Assembly: GCA_041586955.1 (NCBI GenBank) | Contig: JBFGZE010000057.1 | Location: 1-22,053, forward strand | DNA: 22,053 bases | Direction: 5' to 3' | Origin: Bacteriovoracaceae bacterium | Lineage (GTDB): Bacteria; Bdellovibrionota; Bacteriovoracia; Bacteriovoracales; Bacteriovoracaceae | Shown here: positions 1-7,883 of the stretch, one piece after another | Position numbering within the stretch: position 1 is the first letter of the stretch | Layout: the number at the start of each line of letters is the position of its first letter | Translations under genes and position numbers: made by a program | The notes under the pieces: generated by a model | The model's input: only the letters and a program-made list of their open reading frames with translations | What the model was told of the DNA's origin: nothing | Database searches by the model: none

Positions 1-216
1 GAGAACGATTCTGGTTCAGCTGCCGTACAAGTTGCGATCTTAACAAGAAGAATTAATGACCTTAAGGGTCACTTTGAAAAGCATATCCATGATTATCATT
101 CAAATCGTGGTTTATTGAAAATGATTGGTCGTCGTCGTAGTTTACTCAAATACATTAAGAGAACTAAAGCTGACCAATACCAAGATCTTATTAAAGAGCT
201 TGGACTAAGAAAATAA
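1..216 (+). CDS. rpsO: 30S ribosomal protein S15, 3' part (5' end outside window)
   Basis: Frame 1 translated by hand: [71 protein letters not shown], with TAA at 214-216. It has the S15 motifs DSGS.xVQ, HxxDxHSxRGL and LGLRK, and lies upstream of pnp in the classic rpsO-pnp order. Confidence 0.98.
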   Translation, partial: ENDSGSAAVQVAILTRRINDLKGHFEKHIHDYHSNRGLLKMIGRRRSLLKYIKRTKADQYQDLIKELGLRK

Positions 217-249
217 GTCCTAATTTAAATGAGGCCTAAGGTCTCAAAA

Positions 250-274
250 GGGAGGCCTTCGCCTCCCTTTTTTT
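250..274 (+). terminator. Intrinsic terminator after rpsO
   Basis: GGGAGGC (250-256), loop CTTC, GCCTCCC (261-267), followed by 7 T (268-274). Confidence 0.9.
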
Positions 275-284
275 GTTTGTAGGA

Positions 285-313
285 TTGACAAAAATTCATT
301 AAAATAATAACGA
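285..313 (+). promoter_or_regulatory. Possible sigma70 promoter for pnp
   Basis: Perfect TTGACA at 285-290 just after the terminator. The hexamer at 17-nt spacing (TAACGA, 308-313) is a poor -10 match. Confidence 0.35.
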
Positions 314-342
314 GTTAGAATTGCTAAGAACTAATGTTTTTG

Positions 343-409
343 GGAATTTGAAGGATATTTGGGAATAAAAAATTGAGCGTATTTTCTTCCTTAATATCTT
401 TTAAATTCT
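343..409 (+). promoter_or_regulatory. Long stem-loop in pnp 5' leader (candidate RNase III site)
   Basis: 343-370 pairs with 382-409 over 28 positions, with two mismatches (360/392, 366/386) and four G-U pairs, around an 11-nt loop. Confidence 0.7.
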
Positions 410-489
410 ATTACTGCTGATCTTACCTTTTACCAACTCAAATATTAACATTTTTAGTCTTGCCCAAAGGGCAAGCGTTGGAGTTATGT

Positions 490-2610
490 ATGAACGAAAA
501 CAAGAAAGTTTATTCGCTCAATTATGGTGGCAAAGAAGTTACCGTTGAAACTGGCCGTTTGGCCAAACAAGCTGATGGGTCGGTTCTCATCTCAAGTGAA
601 GGCACACAAGTACTTGTGACTGTCTGCTCGGCATCTGAAATGAAAGATGGCCAAGATTTTTTCCCCTTACTTGTTGAGTACACAGAAAAAATGTATTCTG
701 CCGGTAAATTTCTCGGCGGGTTCCTGAAAAGAGAAGGGCGTCCTTCCACTAAAGAAACTTTAAATGCTCGTCTTATTGACCGTCCTTTACGCCCATTATT
801 TCCTAAAGGTTATATGTTTGACACTGTCGTTTCTTGTACGGTTATGTCTTATGGTAAAGGTGATCCAGAGGTCCTCGCTGCTTTAGGTTCATCCGCAGCG
901 CTCACGATTTCTGATATTCCTTTTGACGGTCCAATTGGAACTTGTAAGGTTGGCCGTATCAACGGTGAATTAGTTCTTAACCCTCACTATGATCAATTGG
1001 AAGAGTCTGATTTAGAAATTATTGTTGCCGCTTCTGCTGATGCCATTTTAATGGTTGAAGGTGAAGCAAAGATTGTTCCAGAAAAAGAAGTTTTAGAAGC
1101 TATTTTCTTTGGCCATGATCAAATAAAAGACTATGTGAAGCTCCTAGAGCAAATGCGTGAAGAAATTGGACGTCCCAAGCGTGAGTTTATTTCAGCCGCC
1201 GCTAATGAAACAATGCTGAATAAAGTGAAGTCTGATTTTAGCGATCAGGCACGAGCTTGCCTCAATATTGAGGATAAAATGGATCGTCAAAAAGCTGTTA
1301 AAGCTCTAGAGCGCTCTGTTGCCGAAGCAATGGCCAATTCCCCAGAAGACTTTGGCCTGACTGCGGACGATTCTTCTAAAAAAGAAGCCTACAAAGGTGT
1401 TGATGAGCTTCTCTATGAAATGATGAGAGAAGATATTCTTGCCAAGGATCTTCGTATCGCCAACCGTGGTATTACTGAAGTTCGTCAGATTGAAACAGAA
1501 ACTGACATTCTAGCGGCTCCTCATGGTTCATCACTTTTTACTCGTGGTGAAACTCAGGTTCTTGCCACAGTAACTCTAGGCGGTGCTTCTGGTGAGCAAA
1601 TGAGTGACCGCATCGTTGGCCTTAATTATGATAATTTTTACCTTCATTATAATTTTCCTCCTTATTCCGTAGGCGAGGCGCGTGGTGTTCGTGGTGTTGG
1701 TCGTCGTGAATTAGGTCACGGTAATTTGGCAGAGAGAGCGATCCAAGCTGTTATGCCAACTAAAGAAGAATTCGCTTATACCACTCGTGTTGTTTGTGAG
1801 GTTCTTGAATCTAACGGTTCAAGCTCAATGGGATCCGTTTGTTCTGGTATTATGGCCCTTCTTGATGCTGGTGTCCCAATAAAAGGTATGGTTGCTGGTA
1901 TTGCCATGGGGCTTATCTCTGATGGTGATCGCTACAAAATTCTTACTGATATTCTTGGAGACGAAGATCACCTTGGTGATATGGACTTTAAAGTTGCTGG
2001 TACTGCCGAAGGTATTACCGCCATTCAAATGGATATTAAGATTACAGGTCTTACGCGTGAAATTGTTGAGGCAGCAATGTCTCAGGCCCGTGAAGGTCGT
2101 CTTCATATTTTAGGAGAGATGGCGAAAACGATTTCAACTCCTAGAGAGCGTATGAAAGACGGAGTTCCTGTTATTAAGACCATCAAGATTAAGGCCGATA
2201 GTATCGGTGGCCTTATTGGACCTGGCGGCAAAAACATTAAAAAGTTACAAGAGGACTTTAAGGTTAATATGGAAGTTGATGATGACGGAACTGTTCGTGT
2301 TATCAGTACAGACCAAGACATGATTGATCAATGTATCGCCCTTATCGATATGCAAATTAATGGTGCCACAGTTGGTGATATATTCGACGCTGTTGTTGTA
2401 ACTCTCAAAGAATATGGCGCTTTTGTTGATATTGCTCCAGGTGTTTCTGGCCTTGTTCATATCTCTGAATTCTCTGATGATCGTGTTCAAGATGTGAATG
2501 AATATGTCGCAGAAGGTGATCAAATTAAGGTTAAGTTGCTTGAAGTCGATCGTATGGGCCGTTATAAATTTTCGGCGAAAGCGGTTAAGTCTATCGAGAA
2601 AAAATCTTAA
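490..2610 (+). CDS. pnp: Polyribonucleotide nucleotidyltransferase (PNPase)
   Basis: RNase PH motifs (DFFPLLVEY, RLIDRPLRPLFP, FTRGETQ, RRELGHG, SNGSSSM, EDHLGDMDFKVAG), a KH domain (LIGPGGKNI) and an S1 domain (YGAFV..GLVHISE). Start moved from the ORF track's TTG 460 to ATG 490, which follows GGAG at 480-483. Confidence 0.98.
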   Translation: MNENKKVYSLNYGGKEVTVETGRLAKQADGSVLISSEGTQVLVTVCSASEMKDGQDFFPLLVEYTEKMYSAGKFLGGFLKREGRPSTKETLNARLIDRPLRPLFPKGYMFDTVVSCTVMSYGKGDPEVLAALGSSAALTISDIPFDGPIGTCKVGRINGELVLNPHYDQLEESDLEIIVAASADAILMVEGEAKIVPEKEVLEAIFFGHDQIKDYVKLLEQMREEIGRPKREFISAAANETMLNKVKSDFSDQARACLNIEDKMDRQKAVKALERSVAEAMANSPEDFGLTADDSSKKEAYKGVDELLYEMMREDILAKDLRIANRGITEVRQIETETDILAAPHGSSLFTRGETQVLATVTLGGASGEQMSDRIVGLNYDNFYLHYNFPPYSVGEARGVRGVGRRELGHGNLAERAIQAVMPTKEEFAYTTRVVCEVLESNGSSSMGSVCSGIMALLDAGVPIKGMVAGIAMGLISDGDRYKILTDILGDEDHLGDMDFKVAGTAEGITAIQMDIKITGLTREIVEAAMSQAREGRLHILGEMAKTISTPRERMKDGVPVIKTIKIKADSIGGLIGPGGKNIKKLQEDFKVNMEVDDDGTVRVISTDQDMIDQCIALIDMQINGATVGDIFDAVVVTLKEYGAFVDIAPGVSGLVHISEFSDDRVQDVNEYVAEGDQIKVKLLEVDRMGRYKFSAKAVKSIEKKS

Positions 2611-2619
2611 GGAGAGTTA

Positions 2620-3084
2620 ATGCAGACCATAGGTGTAAAAACTTTGGATCACTTTGACTCTGAATTTCCACTCCCGCAGTATGAGACGACTCAGGCGGCG
2701 GGAGCAGATATTCGTGCTAGCTTACCAAATGAGCAGCGGGAGCATGGGCTAATGATCGAACCTGGTCAACGAGTTCTTGTTCCCACTGGCCTTTCGATGG
2801 AGATCCCAGCGGGTTATGAAGTTCAAGTGCGCCCGCGCTCAGGCCTTTCTCTTAAAACCGACCTTTTAGTGGTGAATAGTCCTGGAACTATTGATGCTGA
2901 CTATCGTGGAGAGGTAAAAATCATCCTTGGGAATTTTGGCCAAGAGAATGTTATAATTACCCATGGAATGCGAGTCGCTCAATTAGTGTTTGCCCCAATT
3001 ACTCAAGCTCTCTTTCAACGTGTTGAGCAATTAAGTGAGACAGAAAGGGGTGCCGGCGGATTCGGCTCGACAGGAAGTCATTAA
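2620..3084 (+). CDS. dut: dUTP diphosphatase (trimeric dUTPase)
   Basis: All five motifs present: AGADI, RPRSG, GTIDADYRGE, RVAQL, RGAGGFGSTG. RBS AAGGAG. Confidence 0.97.
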   Translation: MQTIGVKTLDHFDSEFPLPQYETTQAAGADIRASLPNEQREHGLMIEPGQRVLVPTGLSMEIPAGYEVQVRPRSGLSLKTDLLVVNSPGTIDADYRGEVKIILGNFGQENVIITHGMRVAQLVFAPITQALFQRVEQLSETERGAGGFGSTGSH

Positions 3085-3096
3085 GAGGAGTTTGGG

Positions 3097-3381
3097 ATGG
3101 ACTTAAAGGTTCCCTATAGCAATCTTACGAGTGCCGATGAGGCCTTTGAGATTGCCAAAAAATTAATAACCCCAGATTATGTGAAAAGGTTTCAAGTCAA
3201 AGCTGATATTGATACTGATGATGCATTGCGCAGTTTGCGTGCGAGCGGTAAAGGTTTCAAGCTCGAATTGACTTTTGACGAGCAGGCAGCTCTAGTAACT
3301 CTAGATTTGTCATTTTTTCTTAAGGCCTTAAAATCCAATATTTTAAGAAAAGTGGAAAAAGAGCTTAAAGAAAAATTATAG
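3097..3381 (+). CDS. Small hypothetical protein resembling the putative polyhydroxyalkanoic acid system protein family (PHA_gran_rgn)
   Basis: 94 aa with RBS GAGGAG and tight spacing in the operon. Its length, ASGKGF beta segment and C-terminal LDLSFFLKALKSNILRKVEKEL helix recall that family. The family call is from memory and unverified. Confidence 0.6.
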   Translation: MDLKVPYSNLTSADEAFEIAKKLITPDYVKRFQVKADIDTDDALRSLRASGKGFKLELTFDEQAALVTLDLSFFLKALKSNILRKVEKELKEKL

Positions 3382-3390
3382 GAGAATGAA

Positions 3391-3984
3391 ATGCCCAAGG
3401 TAAAAATATGGCCAGAGGGTCTTGAAATAGAAATTGATACTGATACCAACCTATTACAAGCATTAAGAGATCAAAATCTCTATGTTCGTTCAAGCTGTGG
3501 TGGTACTGGTTCTTGTTCCGATTGTGTCATTAAAATCAAAGGTGGTGAGGATGAATTAACCCCTCCACCCTTTAATGAAATTCAATTATTAGGGAATGTT
3601 TTTCATATTACGAAAGAGCGACTTGCCTGTCAGACTAAAATCTGTGGCGAAGGCGTAGAAATTGATATTTCGAATCATGACTTGAAGTCAGATGAAGAAA
3701 GGCGTAGTGCCAAATCTCAAAAGAAGGCGAAAACCCGCGTTGTTAAAAAGCAAAATGTTGAAGAGCAAACACAAATGCGTCGGGAGAAATTGCCGGAGCC
3801 TAAGAAGAAAACGTTCGAAGCCGGTGGCCGTAGGCCAAGACTTTTTCGAACTGATAATTTAGAGGAAAAGGCCAAAGCAGAGGAAGAGCGTGCACGTGAG
3901 CATCAGGCCAGAAGGCAATCTGTTGGTCAAAAGCACCCTCGTTCCATTAAAACCAATAAGTCTAATTCTGATAAAAAGGATTAA
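3391..3984 (+). CDS. [2Fe-2S] ferredoxin-domain protein with ~100-aa charged C-terminal tail
   Basis: C36-x5-C42-x2-C45 (SCGGTGSCSDC) plus RLAC80Q. RBS AGGAG. Residues ~97-197 are K/R/E-rich and low in hydrophobic residues. Confidence 0.9.
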   Translation: MPKVKIWPEGLEIEIDTDTNLLQALRDQNLYVRSSCGGTGSCSDCVIKIKGGEDELTPPPFNEIQLLGNVFHITKERLACQTKICGEGVEIDISNHDLKSDEERRSAKSQKKAKTRVVKKQNVEEQTQMRREKLPEPKKKTFEAGGRRPRLFRTDNLEEKAKAEEERAREHQARRQSVGQKHPRSIKTNKSNSDKKD

Positions 3985-4574
3985 TAGCGGGAGAGGAGCT
4001 CTTTGAGCTTCCTCATTTCACCTCTTCGCGAATTGCGGTCGATTAAATGTTTTAAATTATTTTTATCGATCGCAAATAATTCAAAAAAACCTTTATTTTG
4101 AAATGCTTCCATTCCCTGTGTTTTTTCGATACTGGCCTTATTAGGAGAGTCGAGCAGGTGCTCAAGGGCAAAGGACCCAGTCTCACGTAATTGATAGGTA
4201 TCTTTTTTAAGCCGGATACCAAAGACGTGATGAGAAACCGTTAGTTGGGTCCTGTCTTTGTGAATATGCTTTTCATAGAAGAAGAACCCTAGAGCAGCGA
4301 TGGGAAGGCCTAAAATCAATCCTAGTACCGCTTGGGCCAAGATTTGATTAATGGAATCATCACCTTGTGTCATTTTCACCAGAGGTCCCCATATGCCCAG
4401 GGCCATAAAGCCTAAAACCATGAAGAAGGCCAATAAATAACCCCAAAAAATCATTGGTAATCCATATGATTTTAATAGGATGCCACCCGTATTCGTTTTA
4501 ATAAGGCGGTCGTCTTTAGCATTTTCTTCTACTGGCATTTGATACATTAGTCCCATTTCGTCAAAATAACCCAT
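3981..4574 (-). CDS. Hypothetical membrane protein (two predicted TM helices)
   Basis: 197-aa ORF with hydrophobic stretches IFWGYLLAFFMVLGFMALGIW and ILAQAVLGLILGLPIAALGFFF. Its stop overlaps the ferredoxin stop (TTAA, 3981-3984). Confidence 0.8.
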   Translation of the reverse strand: MGYFDEMGLMYQMPVEENAKDDRLIKTNTGGILLKSYGLPMIFWGYLLAFFMVLGFMALGIWGPLVKMTQGDDSINQILAQAVLGLILGLPIAALGFFFYEKHIHKDRTQLTVSHHVFGIRLKKDTYQLRETGSFALEHLLDSPNKASIEKTQGMEAFQNKGFFELFAIDKNNLKHLIDRNSRRGEMRKLKELLSRY

Positions 4575-4719
4575 AAGCTGAGGTCATTCAAGGGCCTGGT
4601 GAAGGAATATTTTTCAAGAGAGTTTCTTGATTAATAGGAAAACCATATGGTTAAGTACTTTATAAGTGGGTGCGGTATACAGTGACAAAAAACATTATTT
4701 CTTTCTTCTCAAGGGTACT

Positions 4720-5535
4720 ATGAAGCAGTTCAAACAATTAATTCTCCTGGCCTTATTCCTTCTCTCGATAGGTTCATCCTGGGCCAAAGTGGTCGTTTTC
4801 TCTGATATTGATGATACTATTAAAAAGGCCAATTCTATGGGCGGGGTATTGGGGGCCATCCATTTTTTTCGCAAGAAAGTTTATAAAAGAACCCGGGACC
4901 TTTTTCAAGAATTAGAGTCCTATCACGCAGACGATAATATTAGCTTTTATTATGTCTCGGCCGCACCGGAAATTTCATTTGATGCCCAGAAATGGTTACT
5001 GGCACATCAATTTCCTCAAGGGCCATCTTATTTGCGGAGGATAGACTCAGGTCAAACTTATGATTATAAATTTAGGACCATTCGCCGTCTTTTACACAAA
5101 GAGATGGATAAGAACCCTGCTGAACCATTAAAGGTTTATTTCTTCGGAGATAATTCTTCAAAGGACCCAAAGGTCTATACTGATGTCGTCTATTCATTAG
5201 GTTTAGAAGACGCCCATATCTTTATTCGCGATGTTTCAACTAAGGCCAGAAACTGGGATCCAGAATTAGAGATCGAAAAGCTCGATGGAATTAATTATTT
5301 CTTTTCAGAGATGGAATTATTGGAATTTGATGAGTTTTCTTTTGTTTCAGAAGGGCTTAAAGAGAGAACTTTTAGCGAATACAAAAAGAAAACCCTGGTT
5401 CCTTATTATACCCAAGGTACTCTCGTTAAACGTATAGAGAGAATAAACCAATGCACATCTCGGCGACTTATTTGTAAATCGAAGGCGCTTTTAAAGGCCA
5501 AAAAATACTGGAAGCAATACCATGGGTTGTATTAA
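4720..5535 (+). CDS. Secreted App1/DUF2183-like HAD phosphatase (phosphatidate-phosphatase-like)
   Basis: HAD motif I SDIDDTIK, motif II YYVSAAP, a conserved K (DYK) and motif IV FGDNSSKDP. ATG 4720 begins a signal peptide (MKQFKQLILLALFLLSIGSSWA-K), so it is preferred over GTG 4666. Confidence 0.8.
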   Translation: MKQFKQLILLALFLLSIGSSWAKVVVFSDIDDTIKKANSMGGVLGAIHFFRKKVYKRTRDLFQELESYHADDNISFYYVSAAPEISFDAQKWLLAHQFPQGPSYLRRIDSGQTYDYKFRTIRRLLHKEMDKNPAEPLKVYFFGDNSSKDPKVYTDVVYSLGLEDAHIFIRDVSTKARNWDPELEIEKLDGINYFFSEMELLEFDEFSFVSEGLKERTFSEYKKKTLVPYYTQGTLVKRIERINQCTSRRLICKSKALLKAKKYWKQYHGLY

Positions 5536-5771
5536 AATATTCGACTTCTTGTAAGCGCCATTTTTAAGGTTGAAGTATCTATCGCCATACTTCTTTCCCT
5601 CTTATTTTTCGGTCATCGCTGATCGTGATTCTCCGGATAATATGATGTGCTTCCTTCATAATTGCTAGCTATTCTTTAGAGACTTTATCGTTATTTGTGC
5701 CATTAATGGCCAAATCAATAGTTGTTATGATTCTTTTGCTTATTCCTGGATGGGTGGCATTATTTGAGGGC

Positions 5772-5800
5772 AAAAAAAAGGCCTATATAAATAGGCCTTT
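5772..5800 (-). terminator. Intrinsic terminator after phnE
   Basis: AAAGGCCTAT-ATAA-ATAGGCCTTT inverted repeat (5777-5800), with an A8 tract at 5772-5779 that reads as a U tract on the minus strand. Confidence 0.85.
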
Positions 5801-5829
5801 AAAATTAGTTGAAAGATTTAATGGGGAAC

Positions 5830-6909
5830 TTATTTGATCGCTTCTCTTAGACGAGATGATGACCAGTCCATAATCCATACGATAGCGGCAATGACGATGA
5901 CCAAAAGACCAACTTCATTCCACTTGGCAAGACCTTGGTATTGCATAAGCATAGTACCGATACCACCACCACCAACGAGACCAATGACAGTCGCCATTCT
6001 AACGTTGATATCCCAACGGTAGATGGTGAATGAGAGATAAGGAAGTACTATTTGAGGGACAACACCATACCAGATAACCTGAATGGGGTGGGCACCTGTC
6101 GCGGTAATGGCCTCAATCGGGCCATTGCTAATGTTTTCGATCTGCTCTGAGTATAACTTCGCCAGGGAAGAGACTGAGTGTAAGCAAAGCGCGAGCATAC
6201 CTGCAAAGGGACCAATACCGACCCAAACGGAGAAGATAATTGCCCAAACGAGTGGCTCAATAGAGCGGCTGACATTAAGGAAAAAGCGAGTAAGGCTATA
6301 AATAGTAAAACTAATGCGCGAGCCATCCATAAGGTTACGAGCAGCAAGAAAGCCTAAAATAAAGGCAAAAGGTAAGGCCACAGTAGTCGCAATAAAGGCC
6401 ATATAAATGGTTTCAACTGCTGCGAAGACCGCTTCCTCGAGGATTGCTAGGTTCGGTTGAAAAAGAGCGGTAAAAATCCGTTTGGCGCCGTTGATTCCCG
6501 ACTCAGAGAGAAACTCTCTGATTGAAACTTGGGAAACAAAATAAGCGGCAACAAAAGTTAAAAGGATAACAATATAGCCAAAATAAATGAATGGCTCTTT
6601 CATTATATGTTTATTGTCATCCAGTTGGTAAAGGCCTTGGCTTGCACGGCCAATGGATAATTTGGTGAAAAAGAGAGCAAGCGAGACGGCAAACCCAATA
6701 CCCAGAGCTATAAGGGGTTGGTCCCAACCAAAGTCGGGGTAGCGTAGACCGAGAAAAAGTTTTTGATAAACAATTTTATAAGTTACTAAGAGCGTATAGG
6801 CCCATAGAAGGGTATCAATAGATAGTGCTGCAAGCACGGCCTTGACCTGCATGGTTTTGGGCTTACTGATTGGCCGTTGAGTCGAAAGAGCTTCATTTTT
6901 AGCTGTCAT
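5830..6909 (-). CDS. phnE: Phosphonate/phosphite/phosphate ABC transporter permease with N-terminal extension
   Basis: PhnE signatures ETIYMAFIAT, RSIEPLVWAIIF..VGIGPFAG, AKLYSEQIE, EAITATGA (EAA loop) and YRWDINVRMATVIGLVGGGGIG. Confidence 0.92.
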   Translation of the reverse strand: MTAKNEALSTQRPISKPKTMQVKAVLAALSIDTLLWAYTLLVTYKIVYQKLFLGLRYPDFGWDQPLIALGIGFAVSLALFFTKLSIGRASQGLYQLDDNKHIMKEPFIYFGYIVILLTFVAAYFVSQVSIREFLSESGINGAKRIFTALFQPNLAILEEAVFAAVETIYMAFIATTVALPFAFILGFLAARNLMDGSRISFTIYSLTRFFLNVSRSIEPLVWAIIFSVWVGIGPFAGMLALCLHSVSSLAKLYSEQIENISNGPIEAITATGAHPIQVIWYGVVPQIVLPYLSFTIYRWDINVRMATVIGLVGGGGIGTMLMQYQGLAKWNEVGLLVIVIAAIVWIMDWSSSRLREAIK

Positions 6910-6930
6910 TATTTATTTCTCCGTCCTGAA

Positions 6931-7701
6931 TTAGTCGATCGTTACTTCTACAGCATCTTCGCCATAAATGGTTTGGAACCAGTTTTCATCAATGTCGCGA
7001 GGTTCACCTTCATAAATTTTCAGACCATCTTTAAGCGCAATGACACGAGAAGCGTATTGACGGACAAGAGATAAGAAATGGAGGTTACAAACAATTGTGA
7101 CACCTAATTCTTCATTTACCTTTTTTAAATATTGCATAACAGAATGAGAAGTGGCGGGGTCTAAGCTCGCAACAGGCTCATCGGCCAAGAGAATGGAAGG
7201 ATTTTGCATAAGGGCGCGGGCAATGGCGACTCTTTGTTGCTGGCCACCAGAAAGATTATCGGCGCGGTGATTCTCTTTGCCTTCAAGGCCGACAATTTTA
7301 ATAAACTCATGGGCCTTTTTGACATCTTGGGCGGGGTAGATACCAAGGATCGATTTGATGACCGGACGCTTTGCTAATGTCCCTGATAAGACGTTCGTCA
7401 TAACAGTTCGGCGTGGAATAAGATTAAAGTGTTGGAAGATCATACCAATGCGAGTTCTAAGACCTCTTAAAGACTTGCCTTTAAGTGTTGTGGCCTCAGT
7501 ACCTTCAAACTTAACGGAACCACTGGTTGGGTCGTGTAGTCTATTGATACATCTTAATAAGGTTGATTTACCGGATCCACTTAGACCGATGACAACTAGG
7601 AATTCACCTTTTTTAACATCGAAGCTCACACCTTTTAGTGCATGTGTGCCGTTGGGATAAACTTTTTGCAAGTTTTCTACTTCGAGAATCATCTCACTCA
7701 T
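6931..7701 (-). CDS. phnC: Phosphonate ABC transporter ATP-binding protein
   Basis: Walker [10 protein letters not shown]-loop IFQHFNL, signature LSGGQQQRV, Walker [12 protein letters not shown], and NLH. Start placed at ATG 7701, 9 nt after GGAG. Confidence 0.95.
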   Translation of the reverse strand: MSEMILEVENLQKVYPNGTHALKGVSFDVKKGEFLVVIGLSGSGKSTLLRCINRLHDPTSGSVKFEGTEATTLKGKSLRGLRTRIGMIFQHFNLIPRRTVMTNVLSGTLAKRPVIKSILGIYPAQDVKKAHEFIKIVGLEGKENHRADNLSGGQQQRVAIARALMQNPSILLADEPVASLDPATSHSVMQYLKKVNEELGVTIVCNLHFLSLVRQYASRVIALKDGLKIYEGEPRDIDENWFQTIYGEDAVEVTID

Positions 7702-7756
7702 GATCTTAGTCTCCAAAGCGATTAAGCTTATGTTTTTATGGGTTTAAGCGGTCATA

Positions 7757-7786
7757 TTTATACGTGCTTTCATAGGGGCTTGTCTA
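7757..7786 (-). promoter_or_regulatory. Candidate internal promoter for phnC-phnE
   Basis: Minus strand TAGACA (7786-7781)-N18-TATAAA (7762-7757), lying downstream of the phnD terminator. Confidence 0.4.
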
Positions 7787-7848
7787 GGGAAGAGAAAAAA
7801 AAACTCAATTTTAGTGCATTGTTTCTTTTATGTGGTAACTCCCAAGAT

Positions 7849-7874
7849 AAAAAAAGGCCCTCAATAAGAGGGCC
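7849..7874 (-). terminator. Intrinsic terminator between phnD and phnC
   Basis: Minus strand GGCCCTC-TTATT-GAGGGCC followed by T7. Confidence 0.8.
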
Positions 7875-7883
7875 CTCTGGTAG

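Noticed and set aside
460..489. TTG start for pnp from the ORF track
   Set aside because: It lies inside a leader hairpin with no SD; ATG 490 has a GGAG and matches the usual PNPase N-terminus.
522..2523. Short ORFs inside pnp (522-749, 1825-2106, 1892-2113, 2103-2321, 2245-2523)
   Set aside because: Antisense or off-frame shadows of a highly conserved gene, with no recognisable motifs.
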